DNA from: a virus
Lineage: Duplodnaviria > Heunggongvirae > Uroviricota > Caudoviricetes
IMG/VR virus record: IMGVR_UViG_3300006155_000234
Length of the DNA stretch: 64,000 bases
Direction: 5' to 3' (one strand)
The notes under the pieces were generated by a model. The model was not told the DNA's origin, searched no databases, and saw nothing but the letters and a program-made list of their open reading frames with translations. Shown in pieces: positions 39,947 to 48,922 of this stretch (position 1 is the stretch's first letter; each line of letters begins with the position of its first letter). Both the position numbers and the translations under genes were made by a program.

Positions 39947-40187
39947 ACCATCATCTAAAGAGATTGATAAAGAATTATTTGAATATAGAAAATCAGAATT
40001 TGAAGTTATTTGTGATAAACAAATAATAGTTAGTCAACTTTCAGAAGGTGGTATTACTTATAATGACTGTAATGATATGGACTTATATGAATTTGAATAT
40101 GTTGTTAGAAAACTAATTAAACTTAAAAAAGAAGAAAATGAGATTAGAAAGAAACAAATTGAGGAAGCAAAGAAAAATAAAGGGTAG
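39936..40187 (+). CDS. gp51-like / chaperone extension with no convincing start; probably reached by a +1 shift from the gp26-like gene
   Basis: Frame open 39918-40187 (PHYKPSSKEID...GGITYNDCNDMDLYEFEYVVRKL...); CCC-T at 39935; terminator hairpin at 40178-40200. Confidence 0.6.
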   Translation, partial: PHYKPSSKEIDKELFEYRKSEFEVICDKQIIVSQLSEGGITYNDCNDMDLYEFEYVVRKLIKLKKEENEIRKKQIEEAKKNKG

Positions 40188-40199
40188 AAATACCCTTTA

Positions 40200-41129
40200 T
40201 TATAGTCCCATCTCATTTACAATTTCATCTAATTCTTTTATTTTAATATTATTTATTTTAATTATATTATTTTTTATCACATTTAATTTTACACTATTTA
40301 TATTAGAATTTTTACAATATCCATATAATCTCATTATCTCATCAGTACAATATTTTTTATAACCATTCAATGTTTCTTTTGATATGTTAAAATCATTTTT
40401 CTTAATATAATTACTATAACTATATAACTGTGGAAAACTAAAATTAGAGTGTTTTGTTAATTTATTTATTTTATGATTTCTAAACATTTTTATAATTTTA
40501 GTTGATATAGGATATATTATTAGAAAAGATATAAAAATATTTAAAAATACTTCTATATTAGTATATGCTGATAAAACACCTAACAATACACCACCAAATA
40601 CCATTATACAAAACCAAGTAATAAAAATATTATAAGTATTTGAATCATTTTTAGATTGTAAGTATTCAATATTCTTTATAATCCTATTCATATCTATTGC
40701 ATTTCGATAGTATTCGTAAGTATCATGTACAATATTAAATGCTTCTTTAGATGCATATTCTATTTGTATATCTTGTACCTTCTCCTGTTCTGATTTTTGT
40801 TCTAAATTAAGTTTAATTTTAGCTTCTTTTTCTTTTCTGTTAAAATAATTTGTTATTTCTATATTAGATGCATTTTTAAGAAATGTTCCTAATATATAAT
40901 CTTTTTCTGATTGAATACAATCACTTATAGAATTATCATACTCTTCTTTGGAATCATTATATTCTTTTTCTAATTGTTTATTATATTTTTCTTCCTCTAT
41001 TTTTGCTAATTTTTCTGTTGCAATAACATTATCATATAGTAACTTATCTCTTTCCCATTGTCTTTGTTTTTCATCTTGAGATAACCCTCTGTATTTTGGG
41101 TCTGTTAGTGTTGGTCTGTAAACTCTCAT
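40200..41129 (-). CDS. Membrane protein with two TM segments (early cassette)
   Basis: 309 aa; hydrophobic pair IFITWFCIMVFGG.../VFLNIFISFLII. Confidence 0.65.
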   Translation of the reverse strand: MRVYRPTLTDPKYRGLSQDEKQRQWERDKLLYDNVIATEKLAKIEEEKYNKQLEKEYNDSKEEYDNSISDCIQSEKDYILGTFLKNASNIEITNYFNRKEKEAKIKLNLEQKSEQEKVQDIQIEYASKEAFNIVHDTYEYYRNAIDMNRIIKNIEYLQSKNDSNTYNIFITWFCIMVFGGVLLGVLSAYTNIEVFLNIFISFLIIYPISTKIIKMFRNHKINKLTKHSNFSFPQLYSYSNYIKKNDFNISKETLNGYKKYCTDEIMRLYGYCKNSNINSVKLNVIKNNIIKINNIKIKELDEIVNEMGL

Positions 41130-41146
41130 TATTATTCACTTCCTTT

Positions 41147-41371
41147 CTATATGTAATACTTAAACTCTTCTATTTCATAATCTTTAAAATTCTTAAAATA
41201 CATAGCACAGAATTTTTCTGCTTGTGTATCTGTTTCAAACCATATTACATCTTCACTACTAAAGTCCCATTCACATTTTATTATACCATTTGAAAATATA
41301 TTAGTACATTTTAGATATAACTTTCTTCCTGCTTTAGTTTTCATTATTATTCTATAAAATATTTCTAACAT
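41147..41371 (-). CDS. Hypothetical early protein
   Basis: AAAGGAGAG RBS downstream of an early promoter. Confidence 0.6.
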   Translation of the reverse strand: MLEIFYRIIMKTKAGRKLYLKCTNIFSNGIIKCEWDFSSEDVIWFETDTQAEKFCAMYFKNFKDYEIEEFKYYI

Positions 41372-41414
41372 TTGAATCTCTCCTTTAGGATTATTATTTA
41401 CTCATTATAGATTT

Positions 41415-41443
41415 ATTATACTATAAGTTTTAAAATATGTCAA
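41415..41443 (-). promoter_or_regulatory. Early promoter TTGACATATTTTAAAACTTATAGTATAAT
   Basis: Exact copy. Confidence 0.85.
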
Positions 41444-41470
41444 GTATTTTTTCAAAATTTTTAAAATTCT

Positions 41471-41487
41471 GTAAAATATTAATGAGG
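41471..41487 (+). promoter_or_regulatory. Late-promoter motif
   Basis: Exact motif before the tape-measure gene. Confidence 0.75.
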
Positions 41488-41514
41488 GAAAATCTAAATG
41501 GAGGGATTGTTATA

Positions 41515-44500
41515 ATGAGTAAAGAGCTTGATAATGAATTAAATAAACTTAGAGAACAATTAAAATTGTTAGAGGAATTAAATAAACTTAAAAATAGTCA
41601 AGTTGATTCTGCAAATAGATATCAGAATGTTCAAGAAAAAATAAATAAAACAGTTGAATTAAGAACTAAACTAGAGCAACAAGGCTTAAAAACATCTCAA
41701 TATTTAGATGATGTTGAAGAGAAACTTTTAAAAGTAAGAACAAAACTAAATGAATTAGAAGATGGTTTACTAAATACAGAAAAAGAAAGAGAAAAAGTAA
41801 ATAAAAATATAACAGAAACAAAAAAAGAAACTTCTAAAATAGATAAAGAACAGATAGTAGATTTAGATAAAATATATGATAAAGAATTAGGAAGATTACA
41901 GAATTTAGGTACTGTACAGGGAATAGAAGAAGATATATTAGAAGCAAAAAAATCTCAATTAGATGCTATTAGAGATGCTGAGTTAAGTGGAAAAAGAATA
42001 TCAGATGAAGAAAAGAAACGATTGGTATTTGAAAATGAAAAAGTAAAAGCTTTAGAAAAACAGAAAAGATTAAGAGAACAAGAAGAAAGAAAGCAAAATA
42101 AAAGTAGTGAGAGTATAAGTCAATCTATAAACAATATAAATATACCAGGTCTTGGAAAAGTATCTAATATAAAACAATATAGTGAACTTAGTACAAGTGC
42201 TAAATTGATAACAGTTGCTGCAGATACATTTAATAAGGCAGTAGATAAATTTAGTGGATTATTTAAAGATGGTCTTGATACAATAGCTAGAAATGCAAAT
42301 AAACAGTATCAAAATATATCTATAATGACAGGTATGTCATATAGTACATATCGTAATGGAATAGGTGGTATGGGAAATTCCTTAAAGAATTGGAATGGTT
42401 ATGACCTACAAAATAATATAAGAACCAGTGATATTCAAGATACAATGAATAGCTTAGCAAGTGCTGGTGTAAGTCAGGAAAATCTATTATCAAATGCAGT
42501 TGAAAATGCTATAACAAATACAGTAGTTCCATACCTTGATATATCATCTGAAAACTTTATTCTTTTAAATGAAAGATTAGGTGGAGATTTCTCAAAACAA
42601 ATTAGAGGAATAAATAAAGCAAATTTAGAAATAGCTGGTAATAATTTAGCAACAAAAGATATTTTAAACTCTATGATAGATTTAGTAAAACCAATGTCTG
42701 ATGAAGCAATAGAAAATCTAGCAAAAGGCTCAACAGAAGTGGCTGCAATGACTAATAAACTTGTAAAAGAACAAGGTTGGAGTAAAGAAGCAGCAACAGA
42801 ATATGCTTTACAAGCTTTTAAATATCAAAAATATGGTGCTGCTGAATTAGCTGGTGGTTCTACATCCGATATATTAAAATATACCAATATAATGAATAGT
42901 GGGTATAACTTATTTGATGTAAATGATGCTAATAATATTGCTGGTATAGCATTAGATACAGATATGAAACTAATGGGAATGGCTCCTGGTTATGGTTCTA
43001 CATCAAATGGGTTTATGTCTAATACTATTGCAGGTACATGGGGAATTGATTATAATTATAGACAACATTTATATAATTCAAACAAAAAAGGTTTGTCTGG
43101 AAGAGAACTTGCAAATTCAACAGATTTGACACCAGAAGAATTAGATAAATATGGTGATGATGCAGTAAATGATTTAGCTAATGATAAAAACCAAACATTA
43201 GAACAAAGACAATCAATACTAATGGAAAATCTATCTTCTGAAATTGCAATGTGGAAAGTAGATAGTGGTGTTTGGTTTGATGTTTTGACTACTGCTGTCA
43301 AAGGTATTGCAAGTATATTGCTAACATATTTTGCTGGAAAAGCAGTTAGTGGTATTGGTGGAAAATTATTAGGGGGTGCTGGAGGTAAAGCATTAGGAGG
43401 TTTAAGTGGTGCAGGTACTTATCTAAATGCAGGACTACAGCAAGGATTTGCTAAAGGTTCTACTACTGCTTTTGGAGCTGGGAAATTAGGATTTATGTCT
43501 AGTACAGGTGGTGCTATTGCTGGAGGAGCAGGTATATTAGCTGGTGGTGCTATGGCAATTAAAGGTACTTCTGATGTGATAAACGATTTTAAAGAGGGAG
43601 ATGTTAATGCTGGTACTGCTATGAGTGCTACAGGAGCAGTTGGTGGTGCTGTTGGTGCTGGTTCTTTAATAGCTTTGGGTGCTTCAAATCCTGTAGGATG
43701 GGTGGCATTAGCTATTGGTGGTGCTGCATTATTAGGAAGGTCACTTTATGATTCTGCACATAATTTTGAAAAAGCAGGTAAAAAGGTAGAAAGTGAATTT
43801 AATGAGGTTGCAAGTAGATTACAAGAAGAATCAATACAAAAAGAAGAACATTTAGTAGAGATAAAGGAAAATTTAAAATCTAACCAAGATGTTGAAGAAG
43901 CAAGAAGAAAACTTATTGAAACAGGAATGTTATCTGATGAAGATTTACAAAAGGCACAAAAAGCAAGTAGAGAAGAATTGGAAAAATTGACAGAACAATA
44001 CATACAATCAACAAGAGATTTTTCAAATGAAGAACAAGAATTATTAGAAAGAATTAAGAATGATAAAATTGATGAAGCTAATGAATCTGCAAAATCAATA
44101 AAAGAATGGTTTGAAAATGATTTTAAAAAGAATGATACAAGTGAAAATAATGATGTTGCTAAAAATCTTATAACAAATATGGCACAACAATTAAATAATA
44201 AAGGTGCTGCTAATTGGACAGGTGATGAAAAGAAATTTATGGAAAGATACCAAAAGAACAGCAGAGAGAATAAGTGGGGACATGATGATATGAAATGGGT
44301 TCTTGAAGGTGGTGGTTCTTGGTGGGGTATATCAAATGCAGTAATGGATAATACAACAGATTTGATGATGAATACTGGATTTGCTACTTACGCCAAGAGC
44401 AAAGGAAAAGACATATCTAAATATGGTGGATTAGACCCTAATTTAATTCCATATATTACAGCTATAAACTTTGCAACTAATGATTCTACAAGAGATAAAG

Positions 44501-44883
44501 CAATAGAAGATGCTAAAGCAGCTGGTGTGAAATATAATGATTGGAAAGAATATCTAAACGACAATATTCCTGCATTTAGAGTAGGTACAGATAGTATTCC
44601 TTTTGATAACTATCCTGCAATGCTTCATGAAGGAGAAGCTGTACTTACTGCTTCAACAGCAAATGAATTAAGAAGTTTAGTTGATGAATATAGAGAAACT
44701 AAAAATGAAAGCACAAGATTAGAAAAAGCAATACAAGACCAAACCACTGTATTAGTTGAAAAGCTAAATGCAATATATACTAAAATGCCAGGAAATGATG
44801 AGGTACAGGCACAAGCAATAATGCCTGGAAGATTAGAACAAAATACAAGAGCAATGACTACACCTTATAATCAATTTAGTTAA
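41515..44883 (+). CDS. Tape measure protein
   Basis: Long coiled-coil plus Gly/Ala-rich hydrophobic region, SNPVGW motif, C-terminal PAMLHEGEAVLT; start at MSKEL with GGAGG. Confidence 0.85.
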   Translation: MSKELDNELNKLREQLKLLEELNKLKNSQVDSANRYQNVQEKINKTVELRTKLEQQGLKTSQYLDDVEEKLLKVRTKLNELEDGLLNTEKEREKVNKNITETKKETSKIDKEQIVDLDKIYDKELGRLQNLGTVQGIEEDILEAKKSQLDAIRDAELSGKRISDEEKKRLVFENEKVKALEKQKRLREQEERKQNKSSESISQSINNINIPGLGKVSNIKQYSELSTSAKLITVAADTFNKAVDKFSGLFKDGLDTIARNANKQYQNISIMTGMSYSTYRNGIGGMGNSLKNWNGYDLQNNIRTSDIQDTMNSLASAGVSQENLLSNAVENAITNTVVPYLDISSENFILLNERLGGDFSKQIRGINKANLEIAGNNLATKDILNSMIDLVKPMSDEAIENLAKGSTEVAAMTNKLVKEQGWSKEAATEYALQAFKYQKYGAAELAGGSTSDILKYTNIMNSGYNLFDVNDANNIAGIALDTDMKLMGMAPGYGSTSNGFMSNTIAGTWGIDYNYRQHLYNSNKKGLSGRELANSTDLTPEELDKYGDDAVNDLANDKNQTLEQRQSILMENLSSEIAMWKVDSGVWFDVLTTAVKGIASILLTYFAGKAVSGIGGKLLGGAGGKALGGLSGAGTYLNAGLQQGFAKGSTTAFGAGKLGFMSSTGGAIAGGAGILAGGAMAIKGTSDVINDFKEGDVNAGTAMSATGAVGGAVGAGSLIALGASNPVGWVALAIGGAALLGRSLYDSAHNFEKAGKKVESEFNEVASRLQEESIQKEEHLVEIKENLKSNQDVEEARRKLIETGMLSDEDLQKAQKASREELEKLTEQYIQSTRDFSNEEQELLERIKNDKIDEANESAKSIKEWFENDFKKNDTSENNDVAKNLITNMAQQLNNKGAANWTGDEKKFMERYQKNSRENKWGHDDMKWVLEGGGSWWGISNAVMDNTTDLMMNTGFATYAKSKGKDISKYGGLDPNLIPYITAINFATNDSTRDKAIEDAKAAGVKYNDWKEYLNDNIPAFRVGTDSIPFDNYPAMLHEGEAVLTASTANELRSLVDEYRETKNESTRLEKAIQDQTTVLVEKLNAIYTKMPGNDEVQAQAIMPGRLEQNTRAMTTPYNQFS

Positions 44884-44916
44884 AAGAAGTCTAAAATTTA
44901 GACTTCTTTATTTTTG

Positions 44917-44933
44917 GTAAAATATTAATGAGG
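44917..44933 (+). promoter_or_regulatory. Late-promoter motif directly after a terminator
   Basis: Exact motif. Confidence 0.75.
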
Positions 44934-44972
44934 GCAGATACCCTATAATAATATGAAGGAGAGGAATTTTTA

Positions 44973-47633
44973 ATGAATATAAACTTTGGAATGGATAATT
45001 TTTATGTTAGGTATCTAAAAAGATTTTTAGCAAGTGAAATGCCACAGACTAATATGGTACTTGGTGAATTTGATAAAGATGACCAACAATTATTAATTCA
45101 ATATCTAAATCTACCTAATGTTGAACCTATGTCAAAAGTTCAAAGAGAAATGTTAAAAAGATTTCCTCAACTCAGAACATTATTTATAATGACATTAAAA
45201 GATGATTTTATAACTTGGACTTCTAAATCTATAAATGAAGAAGCATCTAAATACATAATGGAAAATATAGAAGATATAAAAGAATATTGTAAATCAGTTG
45301 GATGGGAATTACACGATGCTCACGAATGGGTAAATGACTTAATGGATATAAATGGTGATGGTAATGTAGATAGTAAAGATTTACAGATATTAGATGATAT
45401 TATTTTTCATAATAACGGATATGAAGTACAAAAAGGTAGAATATCAGGAAAGATAATAAATGATAATATTCAAAATTGGAATTTACTGGATGCTGAAGTA
45501 GACTTGTATAATTCATATAATCAATTAGTATCTACCTCTAAATTAGAATTAACAGATAATTCATATTTATTTAAAGACTTAAATCCAGGAGCTTATAAAA
45601 TAGTAGTATCTGCAAATGGTTACCTTACATCTGAAATGAATGATGTATATGTAAAAACAGGATTTATATCTCATGTACAAGATATAGAAATATTTGGTGG
45701 GGATGTAAATAATGATGGAATTATAGACCAAGATGATATAAATTTATTGTATGCACATAATGGAGAAACAGTAGACAATACTAATATAATTTTTGATATA
45801 AATAAAGATAATAGTATAAATAATTCTGATATTGTAATAGTATCTCAAAATAAAGGTAAGGTAAGGTCAATTTCATATTGGAAAGAAAATACAGAAGAGA
45901 TGGATACAAAAAGTAAGTATCCTGCTGAGATTAGAAAGAAAGCTGATATAAATAGAGATGGTATTGTAGATAAAGAAGATATGGAAATGCTAACAAATTA
46001 TTTAGAAAATGGAAGGGTGTTCTTTTCTATTAAGAGAAGTAGTAGAAAAAATTACTTTCCTAATAAAGATATGTTAGTATTTATAAATCAATTTGATGGT
46101 TCTTTTCTATATGATTATGCAATTAGAGATGGTGGAACAGGTGTTGATAATATCCCTCATAAAAATAGCACTGGATTATTTAAAATTGCATTATATAAAT
46201 GTAAACCTAATCAAAAAATAACTATTGCTCATAATAATACTAAAAGCACAAAACTTGTTATAGGAAGTTCTGCAATGAGATTAAAACAAGATGTAACTAA
46301 AGAAATGTTACAAAATGTTGTAGAAGTAAATTTAAACCCAGGAGAAAGTTATCAATATCAAGCAAGTGGTAGTGAAACTGATACTTATGATGCAAATTGG
46401 ATATGTATTCAATGTCCTTCTAATCATGGAGATTTATCTGGTACTGTTGAAAAATCTATTACAGGTGAGATTGGAGATATAAATTTTGATGGAAAAATTG
46501 ACATGGAGGATTATAAACTTGCTGCCTATTACACAGCAGAAGGAAACCCTCAACAAGTTGCTCAATACCATTGGGAAGCAACACCTAGACAAATAATGGC
46601 AATGGATGTAGATAAAGATGGAAAAGTAACAACTAGCGATGCAGTTGCAATTTATGATTTTTTAAATGGTAATTATCCAGGTATTAGTTTGGGATTATAC
46701 GAATATACTTACAATGTACCCAGTGATTATAAAGACTTAGATAATGTTAGTAATCTTTTAATTATAGATGGTTGGTATGATAGAGAGGTAGGAATACCAT
46801 TTTTAGAATTTGCACAAGGAAAAGAATGGATAATACACAATAAATTCTTTAATTATCTTCTAAGCATGGCAATTACAAATTATTCTAATTCAGAAAGTAT
46901 ATCATTTGTGCAAGAGATGTTAAAAGAATATTATCCATATACTAATTTTGGTACAGATTTCTTACATGTTGGTAACTATACTCAAACAATGAGAGATATG
47001 GTTAAAGAATATCAAAAAAGTAAAATAACTTATACATTTGGAGACATAGATAGAGATGGTAAATTAACTGAAAAAGATTTAATTATATTAAGAGAATATC
47101 TATATGGACTAAATGATTTGGAATTAGAAACACCTATAACATTGAAAGAATTAAGAGATTATTTAGATGGTGTTGACACTAGTTTATCTTATGAAAAATT
47201 ACAGTGGGCTGATGTGAATAGAGATGGCGTTATAAATGAAGCAGATTATCAATTATTATTAATATATAAAGGAGATAAAACATTAGCAAATAAGGTTGAA
47301 AAATATTTGAAGAGAGAAGAAACTCTTACACCAGATGAACTAGAATTAGCAGATATGAATAATGATGGAGAAGTTACTCAAGATGACCTTGATAAATTAA
47401 ATTCATATCCTAGAACATTAGATGGTGTTCAAAGAACAAATGCAGATATAAATCACACAGGAAGAATTGATACAAGTTGTTATAATATACTAAAAGCAAA
47501 TATAGATGGTGCATCTGATAGTCTAACTGTATATACAATACCATTTTCTTTAGGTTGGTATGATATGGATACAGAGTTTTATATGGAACAAGAATTTAAT
47601 GCTTATGAAAATATAAGTGAGGTGAGTAAGTAA
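44973..47633 (+). CDS. Multi-dockerin-like (Ca-binding DxNxDG repeat) virion protein
   Basis: Ten [G/A/M/F]DxNxDGxxxxxD motifs, one Ig/Cna-B-like module and a possible peptidoglycan-binding segment. Confidence 0.8.
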   Translation: MNINFGMDNFYVRYLKRFLASEMPQTNMVLGEFDKDDQQLLIQYLNLPNVEPMSKVQREMLKRFPQLRTLFIMTLKDDFITWTSKSINEEASKYIMENIEDIKEYCKSVGWELHDAHEWVNDLMDINGDGNVDSKDLQILDDIIFHNNGYEVQKGRISGKIINDNIQNWNLLDAEVDLYNSYNQLVSTSKLELTDNSYLFKDLNPGAYKIVVSANGYLTSEMNDVYVKTGFISHVQDIEIFGGDVNNDGIIDQDDINLLYAHNGETVDNTNIIFDINKDNSINNSDIVIVSQNKGKVRSISYWKENTEEMDTKSKYPAEIRKKADINRDGIVDKEDMEMLTNYLENGRVFFSIKRSSRKNYFPNKDMLVFINQFDGSFLYDYAIRDGGTGVDNIPHKNSTGLFKIALYKCKPNQKITIAHNNTKSTKLVIGSSAMRLKQDVTKEMLQNVVEVNLNPGESYQYQASGSETDTYDANWICIQCPSNHGDLSGTVEKSITGEIGDINFDGKIDMEDYKLAAYYTAEGNPQQVAQYHWEATPRQIMAMDVDKDGKVTTSDAVAIYDFLNGNYPGISLGLYEYTYNVPSDYKDLDNVSNLLIIDGWYDREVGIPFLEFAQGKEWIIHNKFFNYLLSMAITNYSNSESISFVQEMLKEYYPYTNFGTDFLHVGNYTQTMRDMVKEYQKSKITYTFGDIDRDGKLTEKDLIILREYLYGLNDLELETPITLKELRDYLDGVDTSLSYEKLQWADVNRDGVINEADYQLLLIYKGDKTLANKVEKYLKREETLTPDELELADMNNDGEVTQDDLDKLNSYPRTLDGVQRTNADINHTGRIDTSCYNILKANIDGASDSLTVYTIPFSLGWYDMDTEFYMEQEFNAYENISEVSK

Positions 47634-48485
47634 TGGCAGGAATGAATGGTGTAGTAAATGCAACACAATCTAATTTTATAAATTTAGATGAAGATACAGG
47701 ACGTAATGGATTTCAGCAATGGGAATGTTATATGCTTCTAAAGTATGGTCAACCAAAGACATTTGGATTACGGAGGAGAATCAGAATACTTAATTGAAAT
47801 GCCACTATACCCAAATGAGGTAACTGAGAGTATAAATGCAAATTGGGAAGAACAATCTATTATAGGTAGGTCATCATCAATAGCTGCTTATGCAGGAACA
47901 AGTTTAAAATCTGTAAGTTTTAGTTTAGATTTACATAGAGATTTATTGACTGGAAGCTATTCACTTACTGACCAAAATCTACATGAAATTGCTGCTGACC
48001 AAGGAACATCATATCGTGATGTTAAAATAAATCAAGCAGCAGGAAAACAAATAGATTATGGAAGTGGTGTATTTGGTGGTAGAACATGGTATGTAGACTT
48101 GAATAAAATGTTACAAATGTCATGTTACCCTCAATATACAAATAGTGGTACAATACCACCAACAACATATTTCATATTTGGACAAATGATTTTAAAAGGA
48201 TTTGTAGAAAGTTATTCAACAACTTGGAAAAAACCTATTATAAATACATTCTATGGTTGTAATACAGTAAATATATCAATGAAATGTTATCCTGATTCTG
48301 TTGTATCTGCGAATGACCTTATATCTGGAGATACAAGTACACAAAATACTTATAGTACAGAATTCCCATCTAGGGGTGGAAGTAGTAATGTTATGAACTA
48401 CTCACAACATAAAAATTATAACAGAAGTACAAAAAGAACAGGAAGTCTTAAAGATTTTCAAAATGGAAATATTATAAAAACATAG
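47633..48485 (+). CDS. Baseplate / tube-initiator-like protein of about 283 aa, read via +1 shift at CGGA 47771
   Basis: GAGGTG RBS and TAATG-coupled ATG 47633; MAGMNG...TFGL-(C)GGA-GESEYLIEMPLYPNEVTES..ANW...IIGRS; ORF 47745 has no RBS of its own. Confidence 0.8.
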
Positions 48486-48502
48486 ATAGGAGGTAGAAGA
48501 TA

Positions 48503-48922
48503 TTGTCAACAAAAAATATAAAATTTACAATTAGAAATAGTAATATATCACCTGCTTATTTAGCCCAATTTAGAGAAAAGTTTGAAGATTTAGAATATCT
48601 AAACCCAAGAGAATATAGAAATGTAAGTAGATATAAAAATGTAAGAACTATTCAAGATAAAGATACTGCAAAGATATATCATGAAACAATGAATCAATAT
48701 ACAGTTGATAAAGAAGATGAAGAATCAACTTATATTGTTGGTATAGAAACAGAAAATAGATTAGATTTAGTTTCATTTAGATGTTATACAACTGCTAAAT
48801 ATTGGTGGGTTATTGCATTAGCTAATTATATAATAGACCCATTTGATGTTCCTTATGGAACAGTATTAAGAATACCATCCTTAACTTCATTATATGAAAA
48901 AGGAGGAATCTTATATGGCTAG
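48503..48922 (+). CDS. Baseplate wedge protein (gp53 / LysM-like)
   Basis: RLDLVSFRCY..KYWWVIALANYIIDPF.VPYGTVLRIP. Confidence 0.8.
   Translation: MSTKNIKFTIRNSNISPAYLAQFREKFEDLEYLNPREYRNVSRYKNVRTIQDKDTAKIYHETMNQYTVDKEDEESTYIVGIETENRLDLVSFRCYTTAKYWWVIALANYIIDPFDVPYGTVLRIPSLTSLYEKGGILYG

Noticed and set aside
41437-41514. Track start of the tape-measure ORF at 41437
   Set aside because: It overlaps the promoter elements; ATG 41515 has a GGAGG RBS.
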